A stretch of DNA of 63,753 nucleotides, counting the filler, from Octopus bimaculoides (Eukaryota): assembly GCF_001194135.2 (NCBI RefSeq). It is 5 parts of 5 records of this genome, joined end to end, with 100 filler letters (N's around TTAATTAATTAA, not from the genome) between each part and the next. Parts side by side here need not be neighbours in the genome. Positions count along the whole stretch, not along the records: positions 17,404 to 27,243 come from NC_068981.1; positions 27,344 to 55,455 come from NC_068985.1; 3 more parts are not named here. One strand, written 5' to 3'. The position numbers and the translations under genes were made by a program. The notes under the pieces are model-generated. The model did not search any database. It was not told the origin of the DNA and was given only the letters and a program-made list of their open reading frames with translations. Of this stretch, positions 25,298 to 38,410 are shown piece by piece. Numbering within the stretch: position 1 is the stretch's first letter; every line of letters starts with the position of its first letter.

Positions 25298-26013
25298 AAT
25301 ATATATACACACAAATATGTATATATATACATAAATATGTATATGAATAGTTGATATATACAGACGCACACACATGTCTGTGTGTGTGTGTGTATGTGTG
25401 TGTGTGTGTGTGTGTATACTGAAACCCTCTTCGGTCATGACTGACCATGGGATTGCATCTAGAAAGTTACCCTTCCAGGCATAAGTCCGGCCAAGGTTGT
25501 TTTATATATAAGTATATATGTATCTGTATATGTAGACATTTATACATACGTATACATATACATGCACACATATGTATGTAGATATGTCTATGTATATATG
25601 AGAGTTGCATTAAAGCAATACAAAAGTGTGCCCAACCTGTATATTATCTATGCAAAAGGTACAACTCGACCCTGTCCCCATCACAAGCGATGCATTTCTG
25701 CCATCATTGAACCCAATTTTTGAATCCTCTTTCATAAAAATTCAGATGTGTCATTGTTTTAACCAGCAGTCGCCCATGCATACCGGCCTCCCCTCTCCAC
25801 GCCACCAGTGTTATCCAAGGGAGAGGCAAAGGGGCCAATACAGCTTGGCACCAGTGATGTCGCAACTCATTTCTACAGTTGAGTGAACTGGAGCAACAAG
25901 AAATAAAGTGTCTTGCTCAAGAACACAACATGCAGCCCGGTCCGGGATTCGAACTTACAACCTCACGATCGTAAGCTCGACGCTCTAACCACCGAGCCAT
26001 GCTCCTTCCACAA

Positions 26014-26176
26014 CTCTTTCACATCACTTAAGCCCAATGCTCTTCTAGCAGAACGTCTTAACAACTTCAGGGCTTGATTCCTTGTGATTCGATGCCGTAA
26101 ATCGTGTTTGACAAGTGATCTGCAGAGGAAGAAGATGACGACGACTAAGAGGAGGGACAAATACTTCCATTTGTGT
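26014..26176 (-). pseudogene. Inverted, SINE-truncated paralog of the 21994-22180 exon-like segment
   Basis: Only about 3 substitutions across the ~106 nt exon-like part (…RNQALKLLRRSARRALGLSDVKE). A SINE C head starts immediately after GAAAGAGT. Confidence 0.5.
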
Positions 26177-26325
26177 GTGTATATATATATAAGTAGATAT
26201 GTTCATATAAGAAACACATGTAGATGTATGTATGTATGTTATGCATGTATCTGTGTATGTGTACATTTCACTGTAATACGCTAGGCTGTTAGCATTTCTT
26301 CTTGAGCCTCTTTCCTTGTGTCACT

Positions 26326-26840
26326 TCATAAATGACTCTTCAAGCTTGTTGCACCTGAAACATGTTGCCGGATATACTTTACCTGCTTCCCAGCATCATG
26401 CTTTTTCATGTGGTTCGAGAAACCAGCAAGAGGAAGACTGATTCTTCCACATTTATCACACTGGCTGCTTTTATTCACAGCTTTTGCTGTTCCTGTTTGC
26501 TTCACGAAGAAGCAGGTCCGGTATTTTCTGTCGACGCCCAGATTCTCCCCCAAAATGTCATCGGACCTCTCCTTCACGAGTTCTCTATAGAACGCCTTGG
26601 TGGATTTGAAGTTACACAAATCTGGACTCGGACGGCAGAGCTGCTCCAGAGCTTGGCGACACTCGCTGTGCCATTCACCCAGCCTCGATCTCTGCTTGAT
26701 CCATGATTGCAGTTCGGTCAAAGAGACGAGCTGCGGGAAGGCGCGTCTCACAAACGGCGACCACATCTGTTCACCGTCGTCAATGAAACAATGGAGGTGT
26801 CGCAGTCTCAGCGCATGTCTGTGCATCATTGACCACGATA
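26326..26840 (-). mobile_element. In-frame chimera of two LINE ORF2 C-terminal fragments (L1/Tx1-like, then RTE-like C2H2 end)
   Basis: Stop-free ~170 aa. EQMWSPFVRRAFPQLVSLTELQSWIK...STKAFYRELV resembles Tx1-like sequence by my recognition. It is followed by CDKCGRISLPLAGFSNHMKKH (C-x2-C-x12-H-x3-H). Confidence 0.55.
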
Positions 26841-27170
26841 GATAGATAGATAGATAGATAAATAGGTAGTGGGTAGATAGATAGGTAGGTAGGTAGGTAG
26901 ATAGACAGACAGATAGACAGATAGATAGATAGGTGGGAAGGTAGGTGGGTAGGTAGGTAGGTAGGTAGGTAGGTAGGTAGGTAGGTAGATAGGCAGACAG
27001 ACAGATAGATAGATAGGTAGGTAGGTAAGTAGGTAGATAGATAGATAAATAGATAGAGAGACAGACAGACAGACAGTTGGATAGATGGATAGATAGATAG
27101 ACAGATAGATAGACAGGCAGACAGACAGACAAACAGTTGGATAGATGGATAGATAGATAGATAGATAGAC

Positions 27171-27205
<35 letters not shown>

Positions 27206-27343
27206 TAGATAGACAGACAGACAGACAGACAGTTGGATAGATANNNNNNNNNNNNNNNNNNNNNNNNNNNNNNNNNNNNNNNNNNNNTTAATTAATTAAN
27301 NNNNNNNNNNNNNNNNNNNNNNNNNNNNNNNNNNNNNNNNNNN

Positions 27344-27405
<62 letters not shown>

Positions 27406-28461
27406 ATAGTGTGTGTGTGTATCAATATATATGTATATATATTGTGTGTATATATCTATATATATATGTGTGTGTGCGCGCGCTTATGTGTGAATGTGTG
27501 TGAAAAGGGAAAGCGATGAAAGAGAAAAATAGAAAGATAGAGGGGAGAGAAAAAGAAAGAGAAAGAGGAAAAGAGAAGAGAGAGTTAGTACCATGTGTGA
27601 CTTAGAGGATGATCAAAGAAAAAGAGAAAGAGAAAGAGAGCGAGAGAGAGGGGGGGTAAAAGAAAGAGAGAAAGAGAGAAAATGAGAGAAAGATAAATGA
27701 AGTAATGGGTGGAGATCTCGGTGTTCAAGATTCGTGAGAAATGACGGTAAAGCGAGCGGGAAGAGCAGAGATTGAAGAAGAAAAGGTGGAAGTTTAAATA
27801 GAAAGTGAAAAAGCAGAGAGAGAAAGAGAGGGAGAGGAAAAGAGGGAGAAGAAGAAGNNNNNNNNNNNNNNNNNNNNNNNNNNNNNNNNNNNNNNNNNNN
27901 NNNNNNNNNNNNNNNNNNNNNNNNNNNNNNNNNNNNNNNNNNNNNNNNNNNNNNNNNNNNNNNNNNNNNNNNNNNNNNNNNNNNNNNNNNNNNNNNNNNN
28001 NNNNNNNNNNNNNNNNNNNNNNNNNNNNNNNNNNNNNNNNNNNNNNNNNNNNNNNNNNNNNNNNNNNNNNNNNNNNNNNNNNNNNNNNNNNNNNNNNNNN
28101 NNNNNNNNNNNNNNNNNNNNNNNNNNNNNNNNNNNNNNNNNNNNNNNNNNNNNNNNNNNNNNNNNNNNNNNNNNNNNNNNNNNNNNNNNNNNNNNNNNNN
28201 NNNNNNNNNNNNNNNNNNNNNNNNNNNNNNNNNNNNNNNNNNNNNNNNNNNNNNNNNNNNNNNNNNNNNNNNNNNNNNNNNNNNNNNNNNNNNNNNNNNN
28301 NNNNNNNNNNNNNNNNNNNNNNNNNNNNNNNNNNNNNNNNNNNNNNNNNNNNNNNNNNNNNNNNNNNNNNNNNNNNNNNNNNNNNNNNNNNNNNNNNNNN
28401 NNNNNNNNNNNNNNNNNNNNNNNNNNNNNNNNNNNNNNNNNNNNNNNNNNNNNNNNNNNNN

Positions 28462-28550
<89 letters not shown>

Positions 28551-29258
28551 AAATACAGACAAACATGGAAAGGAAGAGATAGAGGAAATGAGGAGGGAGC
28601 AAATAAGAGGAAGAGAAAGAAAGAGTGGAGAGAAAGGAGGTGATATGCTGAAGAAGAGAGTAGGAAACGGGGAGACAACTGTAGAAATTAAAAAAAGGAT
28701 CGAAATAGAAGGAAAAGGGTAAGATAGAAAGAGAAAAAGGAGGGAGAGAAAGAAAGAGAGAGAGAAGGGAAGAGAGAGACAGAGAGAGTAGGACAACCGT
28801 AAGAGGAAATAACTATGGAAAGTACAATGGGAATGAAAGAGAGAACGGGGGTGAAGAAAGTGAAAGAGAAAAAGAGAAACAAGAGGAAGAAGAGAGATGT
28901 AGGATAGAGAGTAATGAGAAAGTTAAAGAAGAGAGGGAGGATAAGGGAATGAAAAGATGGGGGTGAAAAAACCGAATAATAGAAGGACGAAGAAAGTAAA
29001 TGAAAACGAGGGAAAGAAGAAGGGAAATGATAAAAAAAAATAGTAATGACAAAGAAAGTCAGACGATAAAAAAAAAGTGTGATGTTGGCGGTGGAGCTCA
29101 TGATGAGAAAACGAAAGAGAAGAGGAGAAACGAGGTAGAGATAAGAAAAAAAAAAATGAAGGAGATGTAAGAAGTAGGGAAAGATAAGGGGAAAGAGTTT
29201 GACGACGAAAGAAAAGAAGAATGAGAATAAATGAATATATTTGTTTATATATAGAGAA

Positions 29259-29307
<49 letters not shown>

Positions 29308-29637
29308 CAGATAGATAGATAGGTAGTAGGTAGATAGATAGATAGATACATAAACAGACAGATAGATAGAAGAAAGTGAATAACTACATTAATATGATGA
29401 AAGAAAAAAAGGAAAAGAGGAATGTAGAAAACGAAAAAAAAAAAAAAGCAAGGAAAATATTTAGTAAGTAATAAACAAACAGACAGAATAAAATAATGCC
29501 GTAGAAACAAGGTTAACAGAAAAGGTAAAGAAACGGTAATAGACAGAAGGAGAGTAGGAAAAACAGATAAGAACGCAAATAATTTCGTCTCACCCTCCCT
29601 ACTCCACGTCTCATATTCTATTTATTGTCATTTTTGT

Positions 29638-29694
<57 letters not shown>

Positions 29695-30151
29695 ACAATA
29701 ATATGGCGGCCACTGCTCCTTTAAAACTAACTAGATGCATACCACCTCCCGCCTAAGCACATCCAGTATATCTTTGTTTCTCTTTCTTTTTCTTGTCCCT
29801 GCTGTGTTCCTTTCACTTACCAAACCCTTTACTCAGCTTTTGCACTAATCTTTCCTTCAAAGAAGGGTCCCTCCCTTTGCAGATTTCCCTACAACCCATA
29901 TTTTTTCCTATAGGCATTGATGTGCAGAAGTTCAAACTGAAGCTCAACTCTATCGACATTGTCGATCTAGGGGTATCTTGCAAAGGTCATGGATCCTACT
30001 CCACCTCCTCTTCCGATTAATTAATAAATAAAAATAAATATGTACCAGTCTCTCCCTCCCCCTCTCTCTCTCTCTTTCTCTTTTTTCTTTGTATGTGCTT
30101 GGGAGTGAGTATATGTATTCATGTATGTTTGTATTTATGTGTACGTTTGTA

Positions 30152-30188
<37 letters not shown>

Positions 30189-30652
30189 NNNNNNNNNNNN
30201 NNNNNNNNNNNNNNNNNNNNNNNNNNNNNNNNNNNNNNNNNNNNNNNNNNNNNNNNNNNNNNNNNNNNNNNNNNNNNNNNNNNNNNNNNNNNNNNNNNNN
30301 NNNNNNNNNNNNNNNNNNNNNNNNNNNNNNNNNNNNNNNNNNNNNNNNNNNNNNNNNNNNNNNNNNNNNNNNNNNNNNNNNNNNNNNNNNNNNNNNNNNN
30401 NNNNNNNNNNNNNNNNNNNNNNNNNNNNNNNNNNNNNNNNNNNNNNNNNNNNNNNNNNNNNNNNNNNNNNNNNNNNNNNNNNNNNNNNNNNNNNNNNNNN
30501 NNNNNNNNNNNNNNNNNNNNNNNNNNNNNNNNNNNNNNNNNNNNNNNNNNNNNNNNNNNNNNNNNNNNNNNNNNNNNNNNNNNNNNNNNNNNNNNNNNNN
30601 NNNNNNNNNNNNNNNNNNNNNNNNNNNNNNNNNNNNNNNNNNNNNNNNNNNN

Positions 30653-30686
<34 letters not shown>

Positions 30687-30699
30687 GTGTGTGTGCTTG

Positions 30700-30903
30700 T
30701 GTCTATGTTTGTACCCTACCAGCACTTGACAATCGATGTTGGTTTGTTTACGTCCTCGTAACTTAGCAGTTCGGCAAATCAGGCCGATGGAATAATTACT
30801 AGTCTTAAAAAAAAGTAGCGGTTGACGTGTTCGATTAAAAATTCTTCAAGGCGGTACCTCAGCATGGTCGCAGTCTAATGACTGAAATAAGCAATAAAAG
30901 ATA
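30700..30903 (+). mobile_element. SINE family B, 3' half
   Basis: CTTGACAATCGATGTTGGTTTGTTTACGTCCTCGTAACTTAGCAGTTCGGCAAA...CAGCATGGTCGCAGTCTAATGACTGAAA. Confidence 0.8.
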
Positions 30904-31113
30904 TATGACACATACGTACGTACGTACATTCATGATACATACATACATACATACATACATACATACATTGGAAACTAGTTAGCGCTCGCTCCACCGTTAC
31001 TCGAGGTTTTACGTAGGCACACACAAAAAGGGAATGTAACTGTGATCTCTCAAATGATTTTGTCAGCAGGATCACTAATACATACCTCATATGCGTGTTC
31101 TCTTCCAGTTTTA

Positions 31114-32392
31114 TTAGGTTGTCCGGGAAGTTCTGAGCGTTTTTAAGCTAAATCTTTTTAATGCTTCATTGAACACACCTGAAACGTACAGTTAAAACAT
31201 TGGCGTTGCTTGAAAGTACAGCTCTTCTTTGTTCCTGACTAAAAATAGATTTATTTTTCACTCTGGTTACCCTTTATTGACATTTGAAATAGATAGCCAA
31301 AAATTTCGTGTTCGCCTTGTAATGTTTTTCTTTTTTAAAAAAAAGAGAAAATACTGCAAAGACATGCAAAAACACTTGTGAAGCTTATGAGGATGATGCT
31401 GTAGGTGAATCAACTGTTCGAAGGTGGTTTGCAAAATTTAAAGCTGGAGAGTTTAGCTTGGAAGATAACAGTCACAGTGGAAGACCTTCAAAATTGGATG
31501 AAGATGTTTTGAAGGAAAACTTAAATATCGCGACTAGAGAACTTGCAGAGGAGCTGGAAGTTTCTTAAGGTACGGCTCATTAACACCTAGTGAATATTGG
31601 ATACATTTCCCGCTATAATATATGGGTCCCTCACAAACTCTTAGAAAAGAATTGCTTGGACCAGCATTCTGTTTGTGATATGCTTTTGAAGCGGAGTGAA
31701 AGCATGCCTTTTTTGAAACAACTTGTGACTGGAGATGAAAAATGGATTGTGTACGAAACCGTAGTGCGAAAAAGATTCTGGAGTCTGTGTAAGGATCTCT
31801 CAAAACAGCAACCAAAGACGAATATCCATGCCAAAAATGCTATGCTTTGTGTTTGGTGGGATCATAAAGACATTATTTATTGTGAGCTTATCCCATAAAA
31901 CCAGACCATTAATTCTGATGTGTACTGTCGTCAGTTGGCTAATTTGAACCAAAAAAAAAAAAAAAAAAAATCAAAGAATTGAGGCCGGAGATTACCAACA
32001 AGAAAAAGTAGTGTTTCAACAAGACGATGCCTGACCAAATGTATCTTTGACCACCCGAACAAAGTTACATGAACTTGGCTGGGATCTCTTATCCCATCCA
32101 CCATATTCTCCTGACATTGCGTCATCCGACTACCACTTGATTTTGTCTCTAGAGAAGTCATTTAATGATTACATTTAACGATTTAGATGGAGTCAAAATG
32201 CTTTTAGATAACTTTTTTCCTTCAAAACCAGTCAAATTTTATGCTGATGGAATATTTGAATTGCCTGATAGATGAGCGAAGGTCATTAATAATAATGGAA
32301 ATTATTTCATTGAATAAAATTTATTGAAAGATCAATTATTTATATCCCATTTTGCATATTAAAAGACATACGGAACTTTCCGGACAGCCTGA
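31114..32392 (+). mobile_element. Full-length (1279 bp) mariner with inactivated D,D34D transposase
   Basis: TIRs TTAGGTTGTCCGGGAAGTTC / GAACTTTCCGGACAGCCTGA with TA on both sides. Motifs TVRRWFAKFKAG, SGRP, WVPHKL, VTGDEKW, MLCVWWD, FQQDDA, HPPYSPDIASSDYHL. Stops and frameshifts present. Confidence 0.95.
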
Positions 32393-32409
32393 TAATTATT
32401 CAAATTTCT

Positions 32410-34830
32410 TCCTCTGAGGAAAAAGCTTTTTTCTAAAAGCGTTGGAATGTAGATAACGAAAACAATGTCACATTTTAAAGTTGAGAAATGTCTTGTATAT
32501 TTTTACAGTTCCGTTTAGAAATTGTATTTGTAATTATCATACACAGGTCTTCTTTGTTAAACTGTATGTTAAACTGGCTGTTTTGGGGTTGTATGGGAGA
32601 TCATCAGAAAGAGAGTATTTCCTGAGGAACTCACTGCCGATAAGTTAAGGTATTTGTTTTTGTTGCTGTTGTGTAGCAAGCGCTGTTTGAGTGAAACTAT
32701 ACGATATTCAAAGGCTGTGTACACTGATCTCAAGCCTCTACCTCCTTCGTCTCTTCTCAGGTAGAACCTGTCGATATCACTATTTCTGTGAAGATTTCCA
32801 GTTGACGTCAATATCTTGCGGATTTTAACATCTATGAAGTGGATTTCTTCTACGGACCAGTCAAGTATCCCAAATGCTAGAATCAGCACTGATACAGAAA
32901 ATGCACTGTAGGATATTGTCTTGTTTTAATGAGAAGTGTTCCGACTACCATATTTTTCTAAGTCTGGTATAATATTCTCGAGTCACTCTATCTATATTTA
33001 GAGGGACCTTCGTCATTACCTAGGTACTTGTAATATTCTCTTTGTGGGACACGATAGTTAGTGAGACCATAACTGTGCAGGTTCTGTGTCTGGGGAACTG
33101 AGTTTCTCCGTTCAACAACCAAATCCGAACATTTCTTTTGGCCATATTCCATTCTTATGTAAACTTAAAATGTTGTTATTAATTCCAAGTGTGTTTTGGC
33201 ATTGTTAACATTCTAAACATAAATCTTGAGGTCGTCCACAAGAAATTATGGATTTTGTAACAGGAATTATAATGGATTTAATGCCAAAATGAACAAAATT
33301 ACAGAAAACCTATCTCATTGAATATTCCCTTTGAAATATTTATAACATTAGAGACGATCGTTCAACTCTCAGTTCTAAGTGTTAGAATTATTTTTCAGGT
33401 CTTTGTGAACCTCTCAATGGCAGCAATTAAGGTAGCAGGCACTTTCGCCAAACGTCGACACTTCAAAAGCCATGAGTGAGGAACAGAGTCAAGTACCTTC
33501 CTATAATCAAGCCATATTGTTGCAAGCCTCTTACGATGTTTTTTTCACTTCAGACAGTATAGCTTTGTTTATCAAACGTTGTTCGATACATTCCCACACT
33601 CTCTTCTTTCCATCGGCCTGCTCATCAGTCACTATGTTGTTGGACTCACAATGATCCTAGAGGAATTGGTCACGGCCGCTTGCGTACAGTTTGTACATAA
33701 TGTTCAGACAAGTAGTGTACCTATAGCTTTCTGCCAATTAAGTGGTTTCATTCTTGGCTACACGATTCGTCTTTGCTATAGCAAGTCAATTTGGTATGTC
33801 AATGTGACCTTCCTTAGTCCTTTTGAATATACACATTAGGGGTTTCCCGTAGAATGTCAGCATATTGTACTAGTGTCCAACTATTAAGTCCCTTTCAAGC
33901 GTCTTTCCATCATGCAGTTTTACCTACAGCTCTGGTGAAAGTTACCGGGTCAATTTCATGTGTTACTCTTGATGTTGATACAATATTCTCTCCTTACTAC
34001 ATTTAACCACGAAGCATCCCTCTTTTCGTTCCACACTTCCAATCAGAATGATTCAAACGCTTCTTGAGATGGGGCCTTCTTAACGATTATATTTTCCTTC
34101 CTCATTTCCCTGTATAATGTCTGTGGGTTTGAAGAAAACGTTTGATTTATAAAAGTACGCTCACAAATTCGTCTGCAGTAGTGAAGATTTTTCGCTCAGC
34201 GCCTGAAGTTCGTATTTTAGAGTAATTAGCCTTCTCTCAAGAGCTTGGTGTGAAGAGTTACCATAGCGTTTTATTAATTTATTCATAAGGTGTAATTTAT
34301 GAGGTGTAAAATCATTATTCCTCTTTCATTTTATTATCGTGGTTAATCAGCTTATATAGTGGCACAGTTTGTTTTCTCCAAGTTTTGTTTCCCATCCAAG
34401 TTGCTTCCGTTTAGTAGTTTCATTACGATGCACACTACTGGCAATTTCTCCGAACTGTTCATAGCAGCTGTGTATATGAGGGTGTTAATATTCCAGTAAT
34501 TAACATCAAATGATTCCATGTGCTCTCCAGCAACATCGTCGATAATTATCAACATTAAAGCTGTTGGATTTTTCATAATCTTGTTCAGAACTACTTGTCG
34601 CTTAATGATTGTTTTGAAAAGGTAGAAAAGTTTTCTACGAACTGTGGTTTCAGAACGTTTCTGAGGTGAATAGTTGTCTCTGTTGACTCAGCTATATTTG
34701 GAGAGACACTAAAATTTAATGATGGCGTCAGCAGTTTGTTTACATTATTTTCGATCTCGCTTCTGACAGGTTTTCGCCAGTTTCCTGTGTTTTAAGAAGA
34801 TCGATTTACATCGCGAAAGCAAGCCATCTT
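32410..34830 (-). mobile_element. R4/Dong-like LINE (family L-A), long decayed RT with an internal deletion to the 3' end
   Basis: Minus strand: RT-like frameshifted motifs at ~33400-33800, ILAFGILDWSVEEIHFIDVKIRKILTSTGNLHRNSDIDRFYLRRDEGGRGLRS, then a jump to LQIQFLNGTVKIYKTFLNFKM*. The 5' boundary is approximate. Confidence 0.78.
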
Positions 34831-35037
34831 TTAAAACAAAGATGCTTGTTGCCGAAGCTGTTTCGTAGTAAAGGTGCCTAAGTTGGGATGAGTTTCGTCC
34901 CAGTATTCTATTTTAATTGTTTCATATCTCCGATAGAAGGGTCTTCAAGGGCTTCTTCGTAGCAAAGAAGTAGACCTTGATTTAGATGTAGGGTCCAAGT
35001 ATGTATGTATGTATGTATGTATGTATGTATGTATGTA

Positions 35038-35151
<114 letters not shown>

Positions 35152-35596
35152 CAATGAAAAATAGAAACAACATTACTGAGAATGAAAAGTGACGATCTCA
35201 AAATAAGTCTCTAATGACCATTTCTGAAATAGCAGCTGAGATACAACGCTGCAACGTACTTCACCCAATTAATATACATACCCAATAAAAAGTCTCAGGG
35301 TGTGTTTGATATCAGATGGATGAACTTCCTATATTAGCTTAGGCCACATAAATAGTTGTGAAGTTGTGAACCATTCTTTTAATTTTGTTGATCCAGCGAT
35401 GAGAGCATCCATGCACAGACTGTCGAAGAGCGGTGAAGAAACCAAGGAGACACTGCTGAGCGAGATTACTTCATTTCCTTTATACTTGCATGATCATATG
35501 CGGCAAGCTAGGTTCAGAGATCACGAAAAAGTTATATGTACGTTCTGTGCATCGTCTTATGCTATGTAAAGATACAGAAATGATGGGCTTTCATAA

Positions 35597-36020
35597 CAGG
35601 TGTGGCTGTGTGGTAAGAAGTTTGCTTCCCAACCACATGGTTTCGAGTTCAGTCTCACATATGTGGTTCCTTGGGCAAGTGTCTTCTATCATAGCCCCAG
35701 GCGACCAAAGCCTTGTGAGTGGATTTGGTAGACAGAAACTGAAAGAAGCCTGTCGTACATACATACATACATACATACATACATACATACATACATACAT
35801 ACGTATACATGCATGTGTGTGTTTGCGTTTGTCCCCATCACCTCTTTACAATGTACTGGTTTGTTTACATTCCTGTAACTTAGCAGTTCGGCAAGAGAGA
35901 AGATAGAATAAATTACAGGTATATAAAAATAAGTACTGTGGCTGATTCATCTGACTAAAACCCTTCATAGTGCCCCAGCATGGCCACAGTCCAATGATTG
36001 AAACAAGTGAAAGGTAAAAG
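35597..36020 (+). mobile_element. SINE family B, complete, central (TACA)n
   Basis: Head, GAAAGAAGCC, microsatellite and tail are all present. Confidence 0.85.
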
Positions 36021-36047
36021 AACGATAAAAGATTGTATTCCTGTTAT

Positions 36048-36436
36048 AGGTGCAGACGTGGTTGTGTGGTAAGAAGTTTGCATCGATACCACGTGGTTCC
36101 GGATTCAGTCCCATTGTGTGACACCTTGGACAAGTGTGTTCTACTATAGTCTCAGGCCGACTAAAGCCATGTGAGTGGATTTAGTAGACGGAAACTGAAA
36201 GAAGCCCTCGTATGTGTGTGTGTGTGTGTGTGTTTGTAACCCATCACCGCTTCACAACTGGTGTTGGTATGTTTACATCATTGTTAATTAGTGGTTCGGC
36301 AAAAGGGGATGATAGAATACATACCAAGTTTTGAGGCAAAAAAGTACTGTGGTCAGTTCGTTCGACTAAAATCCTTCAAGACGGTACCCCAGCATGACCG
36401 CAGTGTAATGATTGAAACGGGTAAAATATGAAAAAG
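36048..36436 (+). mobile_element. SINE family B, complete, central (TG)n; head-to-tail with the previous copy
   Basis: Same architecture as the 35597 copy, about 30 bp downstream of it. Confidence 0.85.
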
Positions 36437-37004
36437 ATTGTCACTTGCGGTTTCTATCACAATTTACTTTCACTTTTTACGACACTAAACTGCATGTTAA
36501 CCTTCAAAAAGAATCATTGTCTCTTAGTGAATACACCGAAGGGAGTTACAGATTTTCAATATTAAAAGGAGAATAGCCAATTCGACTGGCCTCTAAGATT
36601 TCTATTCTTTGGCTGTGCAAGGCCACAAATGTTAGAGAACGAGTGTAGCTGATTAAATTGAACCTGAAATGTGACGAGGACTTTTGTTATCGACCACCAG
36701 ACAGATACACCCTAATAAGATTATATCAAGAAATGTCAACATCAGTAAAGACGGTATTTCGAATTTCGTTAGTCATCGTCAACAAGATTCCATTCATACG
36801 CATTTCTTAAGAAGCAGTGCAACAAGCTAACAAAACAGCAAACAGAAGCGTTACAAACAGGAATCAATTATTTTAACAAAAGACATTGTCCACTCAAGAA
36901 CAACCAACCAATCGAATAATAGTGAGATGGTGAAAGCGTATTTAATGTCAGGAACATTATAAAGGCTAAAATTGGATGAAATTTTGGGATGCTATTATGC
37001 AGTA

Positions 37005-37128
<124 letters not shown>

Positions 37129-37654
37129 TATATTTTTTATAATTTCCGCTGAGAATCCCTGTTGTCTTTCATACTGCACATTTTCAGTCTCAAATTAAAG
37201 CAATTCATCTGAATTTAAAATTAAAATAGTGGATTTCAGCTTAAAACAACTGAAATAAAACAATTTAAATAATACAAACTTCATATAAACTATTTAAAAC
37301 AAATGAATATTAATTCAGTATGCATGAAAGTCATTATAAAACAGCAACTTTTATTTAAAACAAGCAGAAGCTGACATAAAATATATGAGATTAAAAATTT
37401 TGAAAATGCGATACATTCATAAATAGAAAGATATGATCTTTAGTGCTGAAATTACTAACTAGATTATCTAGTGATTTGATAGGATAATTTTGAAGATTTG
37501 AAGATTGGGGTAAGTTTGAAGAACTGCTATTGTTTGGGCTAAATTTGACAGTTTGCATAGAAGGAAAGGAAGCACAATATCTCATCTAAAAATAAAAGTA
37601 TTTAAAAAAAAGTAAAAAAACATCAACTAGACTATGGCGGGAAAATAATAGTTT

Positions 37655-38410
37655 ATTCAAACTAGTCACTCTCAGATTTCACCACGGCCTCAAGACCGCT
37701 CCGAAACCTGATGCATGCGTTCCTCATTGTGTCCCTAGGAAGATCTTCGAACACCTTGATCTTGGCCACCAGGTCAGTCTTAGTGTTGCAGGTAGAGCGA
37801 TTGGTGTCTTTTTCAACCGCGCCCCACATATAGTAATCCGTTGGATTACAATCGAGGGAATCAGGCAGCCAGGAATTGGGACTGGTGAATTCGAAGAAAA
37901 CCTCCGACAGCCACTTCCGATTCTTTCCGGACTCGAATCCTGCTGTCACACACATAGCCTTCCAGCAGCAAGCCTCTTCAACCAGGATTTGACCACAGTC
38001 TCCAGCAGTTTTACATAGCCGTCTGAATTGAGCCTAAATTCCTGTTCAAAGATGCTCCGGCGTGCGGACGCAGTCAAAACACCTGTTTTGTCCGTTCCTG
38101 CTGACCACGGCAGCTGTCCATGTCACGTCTTACGACAGTTACTGTGTCCATAGAGCATTGAACAGCAGTCATGAAGTCGGCATTTTGGTAGTCGGCACGA
38201 ATCATCATGATACAGGTAACTCTTTTCCAGTATTCAGATGGCTTCCAGTCCTCCATGTCAGCTTACTTTTTCTCTACTACAAATTTAATCTTTATGCTCT
38301 CCAACATCATTCACAGTTCACCAATACATTAAGCAGTTCCTGGAAAAAAAAAAAATGAAAACAATGGAGACATAAAAAGTCGGCAAATTTAGCCCGATTT
38401 CCCTGTAGAA
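37655..38410 (-). mobile_element. Internally deleted Tc1/mariner (maT/DD37D-like) transposon
   Basis: N-terminus WKPSEYWKRVTCIMMIRA... C-terminus SPNSWLPDSLDCNPTDYYMWGAVEKDTNRSTCNTKTDLVAKIK...ACIRFRSGLEAVV. TA|CAGGG-like terminus at ~38407. Confidence 0.85.
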
